A DNA stretch of 64,000 nt from a virus (taxonomy: Duplodnaviria > Caudoviricetes), in the IMG/VR virus record IMGVR_UViG_3300030095_005604, positions 3,448 to 67,447 of that record; one strand, given 5' to 3'. The notes below the pieces were generated by a model. It saw only the letters and a list, made by a program, of their open reading frames with translations, did no database searches and was not told where the DNA came from. Positions within the stretch are counted from its first letter, which is position 1, and every line of letters starts with the position of its first letter. Shown piece after piece: positions 19,565 through 30,159 of the stretch. The translations under genes were made by a program, and so were the position numbers.

Positions 19565-20494
19565 ATGCCAGCAGATAGTAAATCAAAAACAACGATATTA
19601 AAATTAAGAAGACACAAAAGAACAGGTGAAAAATCTGTGTTAGTTACAGCTTATGATTATCCACAAGCTATGATAGCTGATAAAGCTGGAGTAGATGCGA
19701 TTCTTGTAGGTGATTCTTGTGGTATGACAACACACGGATTCAAAACAACAATACCAGTAACTATGGATATGATGATAACACATTGTGAAGCTGTAGCTCG
19801 TGGTGCTAATGATGCATTTCTAATTGGAGATATGCCATATATGTCTTATCAAGAATCAGATGAATTAGCAGTAAGAAATGCTGGTAGGTTCATTGTTGCT
19901 GGAATGGATTGTGTAAAGGTTGAAGGTGCTATGGTAGACAGAGTTAAAGCAATTGCTGACTCAGGTATTATGGTAATGAGTCATTTAGGATTGACACCAC
20001 ATACAAGAGCTAAGATGGGTGGATATAGAGTTCAAGGTAAAACTGCTAAGAGTGCAGAAGTTGTGTTGAAACAAGCACTGGCACTACAAGAAGCCGGATG
20101 TTCATTTCTGTTATTAGAAGCAATGCCAACCGAACCAGCTGAGATGATTGCAAAAGAATTATCAATACCTGTTTATGGTATAGGAGCTGGTGATAAGGTT
20201 GACGGTCAGTTAGTTATCTTACACGACTTGGTTGGATTGTTTTGGGAGTTCAAATCTAAGTTTGTAAAAAGATATTGTGAAGCTGGTCAATTGATACAAA
20301 GTTCACTTGAACAATATAGAGATGAAGTAAAAGGTGGCCAATTTCCAGCAGAAGAAAACTTTTATGCAATCAAAGAAGAAGAATTAGAAAAACTACTTGG
20401 TGATTCAAGTTGGAAATACGAAGATTTAAGGGTTGAAAATCAAGCAAAACCCAATCATAGTGCAACACCAAGAACAACTAAGAGGGAGAAATAA
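19565..20494 (+). CDS. panB: Ketopantoate hydroxymethyltransferase-family protein
   Basis: TAYD, LVGDS, DMPYMSY, VKVEG, HLGLTP, GIGAG, DGQ; start moved to ATG 19565. Confidence 0.92.
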   Translation: MPADSKSKTTILKLRRHKRTGEKSVLVTAYDYPQAMIADKAGVDAILVGDSCGMTTHGFKTTIPVTMDMMITHCEAVARGANDAFLIGDMPYMSYQESDELAVRNAGRFIVAGMDCVKVEGAMVDRVKAIADSGIMVMSHLGLTPHTRAKMGGYRVQGKTAKSAEVVLKQALALQEAGCSFLLLEAMPTEPAEMIAKELSIPVYGIGAGDKVDGQLVILHDLVGLFWEFKSKFVKRYCEAGQLIQSSLEQYRDEVKGGQFPAEENFYAIKEEELEKLLGDSSWKYEDLRVENQAKPNHSATPRTTKREK

Positions 20495-22329
20495 TGAAAG
20501 TAGCTGATTATATAGTTAAATATTTAGCCGACTATGGTATAAATGATATGTTTATAGTTTATGGTTCTGCAAATGGTGATATGGTAGATTCATTTGTACG
20601 AACAGATAATACAAGATATGTTGCTGTAATGCACGAACAAGGTGGTGGGTTTGCAGCTGAAGGATGGACTAAAGTTAAAGGGTTACCATCTGTATCTATG
20701 GCAACAAGTGGTCCCGGTGGTATGAATTTTGTAACACCGATTGGTAATTTCTTTTATGATTCAGTACCAGGATTGTTTATAACTGGACAAATCAATTCAC
20801 AATTTATGAGACCTGATGAAAGTATAAGACAGATAGGTTTTCAAGAAACAGACATTGTAAGTATTTGTAAACCGATTACTAAATATGCTAAAATGATTGA
20901 AAGACCTGAAGATGTAAAATATGAAATAGAAAAAGCATTACATATGGCTACAGAAGGAAGACCAGGACCTGTGTTGTTAGATATACCAATGAATGTTCAG
21001 AAGGCAGATATTGATGTAGATACATTGATAGGATACGATAGTGGAATAAAAACAACATTTGATAAAGATTTAATTATAAAACAAGTTGATAAGTTTATTG
21101 AAGATTTACAGAATAGTGAAAGGCCTTGTTTGATGATTGGTGGTGGTGTGAGATTGAGTGGTGCTATTGATGAATTGTTAGAAGTGGGTAGAAGATTAAA
21201 AATACCTATGTTTCCTACTTGGAATGCATTAGATGTCGTATGTTCAGACTACGAATATTATGGTGGTAGAATTGGAACATATGGTGGTGCAGGTAGAAAC
21301 TTTGGTGTTCAGAACTCTGATTTATTACTTGCAATAGGTAGTAGAATATCTGGTAGAATAACTGGTGGTAACATACATAGTTTTGCTAGAGAAGCTAAAA
21401 AATATATGGTTGATGTTGATAAAGCTGGTTTACAGAGATTTTTACAGCAAGTTCCATTTGAAGAATGTATTTATTCAGATGCTAAACTATTCATTGAAAT
21501 ACTAACTATGAGATTAAATGGTATTAAGTTACCAGATTTTACTAAGTGGACAGATAGAGTTATGGAATGGAAAACTAAATACGACCCTGTAACAAAGGAT
21601 ATGTTTAAACCTACAAAATATCCACATCCATACGCTTTCTCAAGAATACTTTCAGAAGAAATGAAAAGTGATGATGTTTTCTGTGGTGATTGTGGTGGTA
21701 ATATAGTTGTGACAAATCATGCATTTGAAACAAAGACTGGTCAAAGATATTTTACTAATAATGGTAATTCACCTATGGGATTTTCTTTTGCTGGTGGTAT
21801 AGGAGCAGCTATAGCAGCTGACAAGTCACAGAATGTAGTGTGTGTGATTGGAGATGGTGGTTTTAATATGAATATACAAGAGTTACAGACATTGATAAAT
21901 TACGATGTGCCTCTTAAAACTATTATTATGAATAATCATATCTATGGTATAACTAAGGCATTTCAAGAAACAAATTTTGAAGGTAGAGCAGAAGCGTGTG
22001 GTCCTAAAGGTTACGACCCACCTAACTTTGTAAAAATTGTAGAAGCTTATGGTATAAAAACTATGACGGTTGACGATGGAACAGATTATGATAAAGTAAG
22101 ACAACAGATAAGAGAGTTTTTAGATTATGATGGTCCTGTTGTTTTAGATTTAAATTGTCACGAGTATCATACATATGACCCAAAAGTTATCGGATGGAAA
22201 ACACCTATTGAGGATATGTATCCTTACTTACCAGATGATGAATTTGATGATAATATGTACATAGAGAAAATAGGACAAGATAGAGTTTATCCAACTTTAG
22301 TTAAGAATGAAACTTGGGATAAAGATTAA
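20494..22329 (+). CDS. ThDP-dependent acetolactate-synthase-like enzyme (possibly YerE-like sugar C-branching carboligase)
   Basis: HEQGGGFAAEG, TSGPG, GRPGPVLLDIP, GDGGFNMNIQEL...NN. Confidence 0.85.
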   Translation: MKVADYIVKYLADYGINDMFIVYGSANGDMVDSFVRTDNTRYVAVMHEQGGGFAAEGWTKVKGLPSVSMATSGPGGMNFVTPIGNFFYDSVPGLFITGQINSQFMRPDESIRQIGFQETDIVSICKPITKYAKMIERPEDVKYEIEKALHMATEGRPGPVLLDIPMNVQKADIDVDTLIGYDSGIKTTFDKDLIIKQVDKFIEDLQNSERPCLMIGGGVRLSGAIDELLEVGRRLKIPMFPTWNALDVVCSDYEYYGGRIGTYGGAGRNFGVQNSDLLLAIGSRISGRITGGNIHSFAREAKKYMVDVDKAGLQRFLQQVPFEECIYSDAKLFIEILTMRLNGIKLPDFTKWTDRVMEWKTKYDPVTKDMFKPTKYPHPYAFSRILSEEMKSDDVFCGDCGGNIVVTNHAFETKTGQRYFTNNGNSPMGFSFAGGIGAAIAADKSQNVVCVIGDGGFNMNIQELQTLINYDVPLKTIIMNNHIYGITKAFQETNFEGRAEACGPKGYDPPNFVKIVEAYGIKTMTVDDGTDYDKVRQQIREFLDYDGPVVLDLNCHEYHTYDPKVIGWKTPIEDMYPYLPDDEFDDNMYIEKIGQDRVYPTLVKNETWDKD

Positions 22330-23858
22330 TGACAGATGTGTTATTTATAGCACCAAGTAATTCAAAAGGTATTTATCAAGATTTAGCAAAAGATTATGCA
22401 GGAATTGAACCACCTACTTGGGCGTGTTTGTTGGCAGAATCTTGTAGGTCTATAGGCCACAAAGTTGATATATTAGACACAGGTGCCGAAAGACTTACAC
22501 ACGAAGAATCATTAAACAGAATAAAAGAAATAAATCCAAGATTGCTATGTTTTGTTGTTTATGGACAAAATGTTAATGCAGGTACAACTATGATGAGTGG
22601 AGCAGTTTCACTATCAGAATATATAAAAAATAATGATGTAAACATTCCGATAGCGTATATAGGTTCGCATGTTCAAGCTTTACCATATGAAACACTCAGA
22701 AAAGAATCAAGTATTGATTTTGTATTTACTAATGAAGCTGTTTACTCTTTAAGAAAATTGTTATCACACTCAGATTTTATGAATCAATTACCGAATATAA
22801 AAGGTATAGGTTATCGTGAAAATGGGAAACCCACATTAACTACACCAGAAATAGGTGTTCCTAATGAGAGAATGGATATTGATTTACCTGGCTATGCTTG
22901 GGATTTGTTACCATATAAAGATAGACCATTTGATTTATATAGAAGTCCAATGTGGCATGCAGAGTATGATGAAAAGAAAAGGTCACCATATGCAGCTATA
23001 AACTCTTCATTAGGTTGTCAATTCAAATGTGAATTTTGTATGATAAATATACTTAATCGAGATGATGATGAGGAGATAGGAGTTGCAGGTAACTATAGTA
23101 AAATGAGATACTGGTCACCTGAGTTTGTTTTAAAACAATTTGATAAATTGGTAGAGATGGGTGTTTACAACATAAGAATAATTGATGAAATGTTTTTATT
23201 AAATCGTAAATACTATCAACCATTATGTGAGGGGTTGATTGAAAGAGGATATGGTAAAGATTTAATAATGTGGGCATATTCAAGAGTTGATACGGTTAGA
23301 AGACCAGAAATTCTAAAATTAGTCAGAGATGCTGGTATAAGATGGTTAGGTATAGGTATTGAAAGTGGTGATAGACAAGTTCGATTAGAAGTATCTAAAG
23401 GTAAATTTAAAGATGTTGATATAAAAAAAGTTGTCAGAAAAGTAGAAGAAGCTGGTATAAATGTTATGGCTAATTATATATTTGGATTACCAACAGATAC
23501 ACACAAATCTATGAGAACAACTCAAGACTTGGCATTAGATTTAGCAACATTAGGTTGGAATGGTTATTCTGCTATGCCTTTACCAGGTAGTCAGTTGTAT
23601 AAAGATGCAGTAGAAGCTGGATGGGAACTTCCTTCAGATTATGAGGGATATTCATTTCATGCTTATACTACCGTTCCAGTACCTACTGATAATTTAACTT
23701 CGAGTGAAATATTAAAATTTAGAGATGAGGCATATCTGGAATATCACACATCAGAAAAGTTTCTTTCTAAAGTAAAAGCAAAATATGGTCAAGACGCAGT
23801 GGACAACATTCTAAAGAATTGTGAGATAAAATTAAAAAGAAAAATATTAGGAGATTAG
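22329..23858 (+). CDS. Cobalamin-binding (class B) radical SAM enzyme
   Basis: N-terminal B12-like domain (EPPTW...GSHVQALP), CQFKCEFC, GIESG. Confidence 0.85.
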   Translation: MTDVLFIAPSNSKGIYQDLAKDYAGIEPPTWACLLAESCRSIGHKVDILDTGAERLTHEESLNRIKEINPRLLCFVVYGQNVNAGTTMMSGAVSLSEYIKNNDVNIPIAYIGSHVQALPYETLRKESSIDFVFTNEAVYSLRKLLSHSDFMNQLPNIKGIGYRENGKPTLTTPEIGVPNERMDIDLPGYAWDLLPYKDRPFDLYRSPMWHAEYDEKKRSPYAAINSSLGCQFKCEFCMINILNRDDDEEIGVAGNYSKMRYWSPEFVLKQFDKLVEMGVYNIRIIDEMFLLNRKYYQPLCEGLIERGYGKDLIMWAYSRVDTVRRPEILKLVRDAGIRWLGIGIESGDRQVRLEVSKGKFKDVDIKKVVRKVEEAGINVMANYIFGLPTDTHKSMRTTQDLALDLATLGWNGYSAMPLPGSQLYKDAVEAGWELPSDYEGYSFHAYTTVPVPTDNLTSSEILKFRDEAYLEYHTSEKFLSKVKAKYGQDAVDNILKNCEIKLKRKILGD

Positions 23859-23863
23859 GACGG

Positions 23864-25027
23864 ATGAAATTTGATTGGCAACTTATAAATGATAGTATAA
23901 CAAAAGAAGATAAAAAAGCACTTACTGATTTTATTAATACAGATGGAGTTAGATTTACACAAGGTAAGTATGTTAGACAATTTGAAGAAGAATGGTCTAA
24001 ATGGGTAGGATGTAAACATAGTGTTTATGTAAACTCAGGTGCTTCTGCTAACTACATTATGGCGTCAATAATGAAAGAGAAAAAAGGTTTAGGTGAAGTA
24101 ATTGTATCACCACTCGGATGGGTTTCAGATGTGTCACCATTAGTTAATCTCGGTTTTACACCTGTATTTGTTGATGTTGATTTAGAAAATATGTCAATTA
24201 CATTAGAAAACATCAAGAAAGCTGTAACAGATAAAACGGTAGGAATTACTTTGGTGCATGTTTTAGGATTCAACGCAGTTAATGATGAGTTGGTTGAGTT
24301 CTGTAAAGATGAAGATTTATTCTTTATTGAAGATTGTTGTGAAGCACACGGTGCAACTTATAATGGTGAGAGAGTTGGTAACTTTGGAGATGTATCTAAC
24401 TTTTCATTTTATTTTGGACATCACATAACATCTGTTGAAGGTGGAATGGTATGTACAAATGATGATGAGTTATATAATTATGCAAAACTATTCAGGTCAC
24501 ACGGAATGGTGAGAGAAGCATCAAAAGAAACTCAAGACAAGTTTAAAGAAAGTCATCCAGGTTGTAATCCATTATTTACATTTGCTGTTCCAGGATACAA
24601 TTTGAGAAATCAAGAGTTTAATGCTGTTTTAGGTTTGTCTCAATTACCAAGATTACAAAACAATGTTGAAGTTAGGTCTGAAAATTTAGAAATATGGTTA
24701 GACACATTAGATTCAGATATATTCTTTACTGATTTTGACAGAGAAGGAAATAGTAATTTTGCATTACCTTTAATTTTATTAAAAAAAGACTTGGAATATT
24801 TCCAAAAAGTTTGTAAATTATTAGATGAAGAGAATGTTGAATTTAGAATTGGTACAGCAGGCGGTGGTAATCAATCAAGACAACCATATTTAGAAAAATA
24901 TGAATTTGTTACTCACGATTTGAGTAATGTAAATCACATTCACGATTACGCTTTATATGTAGGTAATCATCCAGAACTAACAAAAGGACAAATAATTGAT
25001 TTGTGTAGGAAATTAAATAATGTTTAA
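23864..25027 (+). CDS. DegT-fold PLP/PMP enzyme with His at the catalytic Lys position (ColD/E1-type 3-dehydratase)
   Basis: VNSGASAN, EDCCEAHG, FSFYFGHHITSVEGG, GYNLR; 387 aa. Confidence 0.8.
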   Translation: MKFDWQLINDSITKEDKKALTDFINTDGVRFTQGKYVRQFEEEWSKWVGCKHSVYVNSGASANYIMASIMKEKKGLGEVIVSPLGWVSDVSPLVNLGFTPVFVDVDLENMSITLENIKKAVTDKTVGITLVHVLGFNAVNDELVEFCKDEDLFFIEDCCEAHGATYNGERVGNFGDVSNFSFYFGHHITSVEGGMVCTNDDELYNYAKLFRSHGMVREASKETQDKFKESHPGCNPLFTFAVPGYNLRNQEFNAVLGLSQLPRLQNNVEVRSENLEIWLDTLDSDIFFTDFDREGNSNFALPLILLKKDLEYFQKVCKLLDEENVEFRIGTAGGGNQSRQPYLEKYEFVTHDLSNVNHIHDYALYVGNHPELTKGQIIDLCRKLNNV

Positions 25028-25901
25028 TGGAAAGCGTTCAAGACCAATACCTAATAGTGAAGTATTTAACTTCGTAGGAAAGGCTCTAAAACAACAATAT
25101 TTATATGACAAAAATGTTGTGGATGTATTTCTACATACATACCACGAATGGTTACAGAGTAGTAAATTAAATACATTACACGGGTTAGACAAGTTTGATA
25201 AACTAGGTTTTGTCCATGGAACATCACAGGCATTTGATTTCTTTTATGCAGAAAATAAAGATAGAAGAATGAGATGTTTTAAAGGTGATTTTATATATCA
25301 CGGAGTTACTTGGAGAAATAACTATCCAAACTGGAAATATTTAGAAGACGATGAAATATTAGCTAACGATGCAGTAATCATTTCTTTACCATTTAGTGAT
25401 TATGGTGCAGAACATCCAGATATGCAAAGTATATTAGATAAATGTGATGAATTGCATGTGCCTGTTTTTGTTGATTGTGCTTATTATTCTATTGCTAGAA
25501 ATATAAACTTTGATTTAAATAGAGATTGTATAAAGGGAGTTACATTCAGTTTAAGTAAAGCCTTTTATGGTGCTGAAAGAGTGAGAATAGGTATAAGATG
25601 TAAAAAAGAATACAATGATGACCCTGTAGATTTATTTACAAGCATGGGTATGATTTCAAAAATATCAGCAGGAGTAGGGTTAGAATTATGTAATGAATTT
25701 AGTCCTGATTACAATCACGAAAAATATAGACTTTCACAAATTGACATTTGTAAAAAATTAAACATAGAACCAAGTGATTGTGTTCAGTTTGGAATAACAG
25801 ATGAAAATCACAAAGACTTTGGAGATTACGATAGAGGTAGTAGATGGAGAAGAGTTTGTATATCAAAACTATTAAGTGATATGGGAGATGATTATGAGTA
25901 A
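25020..25901 (+). CDS. PLP-dependent fold-type-I-like protein
   Basis: GTSQAFD, VFVDCAYY, FSLSKAF. Confidence 0.55.
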   Translation: MFNGKRSRPIPNSEVFNFVGKALKQQYLYDKNVVDVFLHTYHEWLQSSKLNTLHGLDKFDKLGFVHGTSQAFDFFYAENKDRRMRCFKGDFIYHGVTWRNNYPNWKYLEDDEILANDAVIISLPFSDYGAEHPDMQSILDKCDELHVPVFVDCAYYSIARNINFDLNRDCIKGVTFSLSKAFYGAERVRIGIRCKKEYNDDPVDLFTSMGMISKISAGVGLELCNEFSPDYNHEKYRLSQIDICKKLNIEPSDCVQFGITDENHKDFGDYDRGSRWRRVCISKLLSDMGDDYE

Positions 25902-26607
25902 AGATTATGAAAGTCTATTAGACTATAAAAAATCTTTAAAAGATTGGCACTATGACCCTTCTGTACCATCAAACGATGCTGTGTATATAGGTAGAATAAC
26001 TAACTTAGACTTTTCTTCAATTAAGTTAAAAATTAAACAAAAAGAATCTGAGAATGGGATAAAATTATATGAAGATGACTTTAAAAATGGTAAATTGATT
26101 CCATCGCAACTTAGTCCAGACTCAGTTGGTGCTGTTAAATTAGACCATATTAGGCACGGTTATAATAAATATAATAGTAGATATACACAATGGATTGATA
26201 ATAGAGACGATTTACCAACAGATTTCAATACTATAAAAAATCTTTGTTCATTAAAAGATGCTACAATAGCTTGTTTTAAACAAGAACCTGGCCACACAAA
26301 TCCTTGGCACTTTGACACATATCAAGGTGCAGTGGAGAGAGGAAATCTTACAGATGAAGAAAGAAAGAATGTGAAAAGATATTTGTTGTTTTTAGAAAAT
26401 TGGGATTGGGGACATTTTTTACAAGTAGGTAATTCTGTTTTAACTCATTGGAAAGCTGGTGATATGTACACTTGGGATTATGGTATGTATCATCTATCAT
26501 CTAATGCTGGTATTGCACCTAAGTGGACTTGTCAAATAACAGGATATCCTACAAAAGAATCATTACATAATTTATCAGAATTTGAATTTAAGCTGGGAGA
26601 CGAATGA
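25894..26607 (+). CDS. 2OG-Fe(II) oxygenase-like (DSBH) protein
   Basis: PGHTNPWHFD...YHLSSN HxD...H triad. Confidence 0.55.
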   Translation: MSKDYESLLDYKKSLKDWHYDPSVPSNDAVYIGRITNLDFSSIKLKIKQKESENGIKLYEDDFKNGKLIPSQLSPDSVGAVKLDHIRHGYNKYNSRYTQWIDNRDDLPTDFNTIKNLCSLKDATIACFKQEPGHTNPWHFDTYQGAVERGNLTDEERKNVKRYLLFLENWDWGHFLQVGNSVLTHWKAGDMYTWDYGMYHLSSNAGIAPKWTCQITGYPTKESLHNLSEFEFKLGDE

Positions 26608-27569
26608 AAATATTTATCACAGGAATAACAGGTTTTGTTGGTAGTCATATGGCCGATTATATATTAAAAAATACAAATGATGAAATAATTGGATTTAAAA
26701 GGTGGATGGAAGATACAAAAAATATAGACCATTTAGAAGATAATCCGAGAGTGACAATGTATGGTGGTGATTTAGTAGATTATGCTAGTGTAGATAGGGT
26801 TATTAGATTGACTAAACCCGATAAAGTATTTCATTTTGCCGCTCAGAGTTTTCCAGAAACAAGTTTCAGACAACCAGTAATAACTTTACATACGAATGTT
26901 ATAGGAACTACTCATTTGTTTGAATCTATAAAAACAAATGAATTAGACCCTGTAATAGTGAGTGTATCAACGAGTGAAGTTTACGGTAATCCGACAGAAG
27001 ATGAGATACCAATAACAGAACATAATCCAATTAGAGCAGCTAATCCATATTCAATATCAAAAGTTGGACACGATTTGATGTCACAATATTATTATAATGC
27101 ATATGGTATGAAGATTATAACAACACGAATGTTTAGTCACGAAGGTGCAAGAAGAGGTAAAGAGTTCGCTGTATCATCATTTGCACATCAGATAGCTAAA
27201 GGTGAAAAGAATGGTAATTGTGTAGTCAAACACGGTAATTTAGATTCAGTTAGAACATATAGTCATATAGATGATGCTATAGAAGCTTATTGGCTGTGTT
27301 CAGAGAGTGATAAATATGGTGAAGTATACAATATTGGTGGCAATGAAACTTGTAAAGTTGGTGATGCTTTAGATGCATTAATATCAAAATCTGATAAAGA
27401 TTTTGTTAAAGTTTTAGATGAAAAAAGAATGAGACCAACAGATATAACTTTACAAATACCATCTACTGCTAAATTTAGAACTGATTTCGATTGGGAACCT
27501 AAAAAAACTATGGATGATATTTGGAATGATTTATTAAATTATTGGAGAGGAGAACTAAAAAATGGCTAA
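26604..27569 (+). CDS. GDP-mannose 4,6-dehydratase/GDP-keto-sugar reductase-like SDR
   Basis: ITGITGFVG, HFAAQS, STSEVYG, PYSISK, HGNLDSVR. Confidence 0.85.
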   Translation: MKIFITGITGFVGSHMADYILKNTNDEIIGFKRWMEDTKNIDHLEDNPRVTMYGGDLVDYASVDRVIRLTKPDKVFHFAAQSFPETSFRQPVITLHTNVIGTTHLFESIKTNELDPVIVSVSTSEVYGNPTEDEIPITEHNPIRAANPYSISKVGHDLMSQYYYNAYGMKIITTRMFSHEGARRGKEFAVSSFAHQIAKGEKNGNCVVKHGNLDSVRTYSHIDDAIEAYWLCSESDKYGEVYNIGGNETCKVGDALDALISKSDKDFVKVLDEKRMRPTDITLQIPSTAKFRTDFDWEPKKTMDDIWNDLLNYWRGELKNG

Positions 27570-28368
27570 GAATGTTTTATTTTGGGTTGGAATAAAAAGT
27601 GAAAATCCTCATTTAAGAGAAAAACACGGAGACTTTAAATATTTAGATATTTCTAAACCTTGTTGGGAATGGTGGTGTAAGAAAAACGATGTAATATTTT
27701 TTCCATATGAAACTACTGGTAGAGAAGATACAAATGCTCATAAAGCTACTTGGCAAAGATGGTTCGATGTATTTAATCAATTAGAAGCAGCTAATATAGA
27801 CTATGATAAAATAGCAGTTATAGATGGTAGTACTTTAATTAAATGGGATGCTCCTGATTTCTTTCAATACGCACCAAATGGGAAGTTATCTTGTTTCAGA
27901 AGTTTAGAAAATCTTAGATGGATTACACAAGGTGTAGATGGTTACAATGATTTCTTTAATGGTTATGATTTTAAATTAAATAAATATATTGATTGTGGGT
28001 TTCAAATATTTGACAAGGAACACAAAAACTTTCTAATTAAATTAGAAAAATTTTATGATAATCATTACGATGAGATAATGGATTTACAAAATAATAAAGT
28101 AAAAAGAGGTACAGACCAGCCAGTATACAATTACTTACTTCAAATTGAAAATGTAGATGTAGTGATGGACATTCCAGCTCCTTATATGTTAACTCATTTG
28201 ACAAGATTTGATTGGTTCGGGCACAATTGGCAACTCGAAGGTGCTGACAAGACATCATTTTTTATTAAATATGGATATATTTGGAAGTATAGTGGATTCC
28301 CACAGAGAGGTCATCGAGAAGAATTAATGGACAAGACTTGGAATGGAATAAAGGATAATTACAAATGA
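27562..28368 (+). CDS. GT8-like glycosyltransferase
   Basis: TWQRW, VIDGST, GTDQPVYNY; paralog of 28365. Confidence 0.6.
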   Translation: MAKNVLFWVGIKSENPHLREKHGDFKYLDISKPCWEWWCKKNDVIFFPYETTGREDTNAHKATWQRWFDVFNQLEAANIDYDKIAVIDGSTLIKWDAPDFFQYAPNGKLSCFRSLENLRWITQGVDGYNDFFNGYDFKLNKYIDCGFQIFDKEHKNFLIKLEKFYDNHYDEIMDLQNNKVKRGTDQPVYNYLLQIENVDVVMDIPAPYMLTHLTRFDWFGHNWQLEGADKTSFFIKYGYIWKYSGFPQRGHREELMDKTWNGIKDNYK

Positions 28369-29111
28369 AAAATATAGTATTTATACCTAAAGTAAAAGGT
28401 ACAGACGAGAAAAGATTAAGAGAGGTCGCATATGACTTATCAGTAGAGAGTTGGAAAAGATGGTGTGAAAAAAATGATTGTCAGTTGTTTGTTATGGAAG
28501 ATTTAATACACGACTATGATTATATGAAAATAACTTGGCAAAGATATTATTTGTTTGATATGTTAGATAACAACAACATAGATTATGACCAGATTCTTAT
28601 GGTTGATGCTGATACAATTGTACATCCAGATTGTCCTAACTTTTTTGAAATGAGTGAACATAAATATTGTGGTGTCAATGCATTAGGTAGTATGGATTGG
28701 ATATGTAGGAGTATAGAAAATTATTCTCATTTCTTTTTCAAAGATGTAGAACTACCATACTGGAAATATATAAATGGTGGATTTCATATAGTAAATAAAA
28801 AACACAAGGATATATTTAAACAGGTTATTGATTTTTATTTACAAAATAGAGATAACTTACTTCAGTTACAGAGTAACTGGCATTGTGGGACTGACCAAAC
28901 ACCAGTTAATTTTATATTACAGAAAAATAATGTAGATATGAAGTATTTACCTTACGAGTATAATATGCAAGATATGATGAGATTTGAGGTAATTGGACCA
29001 GATATGTTACATACAAGACATGGTTATGTTTATCACTTTAATTGTGGTGTACAACCTCATCCTAGATATTGGATGGAACAAACTTTTAAATACTTATACG
29101 GAGAATTATAA
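28365..29111 (+). CDS. GT8-like glycosyltransferase
   Basis: TWQRY, VDADT, INGG, GTDQTPVNF, HFN. Confidence 0.65.
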   Translation: MKNIVFIPKVKGTDEKRLREVAYDLSVESWKRWCEKNDCQLFVMEDLIHDYDYMKITWQRYYLFDMLDNNNIDYDQILMVDADTIVHPDCPNFFEMSEHKYCGVNALGSMDWICRSIENYSHFFFKDVELPYWKYINGGFHIVNKKHKDIFKQVIDFYLQNRDNLLQLQSNWHCGTDQTPVNFILQKNNVDMKYLPYEYNMQDMMRFEVIGPDMLHTRHGYVYHFNCGVQPHPRYWMEQTFKYLYGEL

Positions 29112-30157
29112 TGATAGTTAAAAACAAGTACATAGTAGGAACTCACATTATGTTTTATGAGATTGAAATGGTTTCTGAACATATTCAAAGTTTATTGAAT
29201 GCTATAAATACGGTAGATAATAAAGAAAATATTACGATTGATTTATTTTACAACATATCAGAATTTTTTGAAAAAATAGACAGAAGTAAAATATCAAAAG
29301 ATGAATTGATAGAAAAATTTATGAATCAAGTTAAATTAGTACAAGAAACAGGTTGTAATGTTACATATAAAATTTATGAGGATAATGAAAAACCGATTAC
29401 AATGGTTGATTATAGAAGGGATTTAAATTACTACGGTTGTGTTGACAATGATTATGTTATATGGGGAGAGTCGGATGCTTTATTACCTAAGGAGGCTTTT
29501 ACTACATTAGAAACGGTCAAAGATTATGCTAATCAAAATGACATTCATAGATATGTTGTGACATTTGCTCTTAGAAAAATGTGGGACCAATCTTGGAAAG
29601 TTTTAGAACATAACGATTTTACTGATAAAGAATATTATGAAACAGAGTTACCTGATGGTTCACGAAATGACAAGGCATTTGATGAGCCACATAGTATCAG
29701 ATACACGATGTCTGTTGATGAAATGAATGCAGTAAATGAGAAAACAGAAAATTTAGATATTCGTATATTACAACAACCACAATTCGATGGTTCAATTTTA
29801 GTGTTAAGTGGTGATTTGTTAAAAAATGGAGTCAATGTACCTAGAAGTATTTTAGGACATGCAGTTGATGACACAAGTATGATGTATAGTTGTAAACAAA
29901 TAATGGGAGAATCATATGTACAATTTGTCATAAAAAATATATTAAAAGTACATAACAGAAACAATCCCAAAAAGAGAAATTATTGTTTACAGATGGATGG
30001 TGTAGGAGTATGTACACAAGAAAAAGGTCCTAATCAACGAGGTAATTGGTACGAGACAATAAAACAAATGGCTAATATAAATCTATCAACATTTGGTAAA
30101 TCACAAAAGAGATTTTTTAATTATAATGATTTTAAAAAAGCAATGGAGAATAAATAA
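29111..30157 (+). CDS. Hypothetical, possibly GT-A-like protein
   Basis: WGESDAL (DxD-like) motif and cluster context. Confidence 0.4.
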   Translation: MIVKNKYIVGTHIMFYEIEMVSEHIQSLLNAINTVDNKENITIDLFYNISEFFEKIDRSKISKDELIEKFMNQVKLVQETGCNVTYKIYEDNEKPITMVDYRRDLNYYGCVDNDYVIWGESDALLPKEAFTTLETVKDYANQNDIHRYVVTFALRKMWDQSWKVLEHNDFTDKEYYETELPDGSRNDKAFDEPHSIRYTMSVDEMNAVNEKTENLDIRILQQPQFDGSILVLSGDLLKNGVNVPRSILGHAVDDTSMMYSCKQIMGESYVQFVIKNILKVHNRNNPKKRNYCLQMDGVGVCTQEKGPNQRGNWYETIKQMANINLSTFGKSQKRFFNYNDFKKAMENK

Positions 30158-30159
30158 TA

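Noticed and set aside
19565-22329. Pantothenate or branched-chain amino acid auxiliary metabolism
   Set aside because: No panC/D/E, ilvC/D or ALS small subunit in the window, and the genes are embedded among sugar genes. Not excluded, but less parsimonious.
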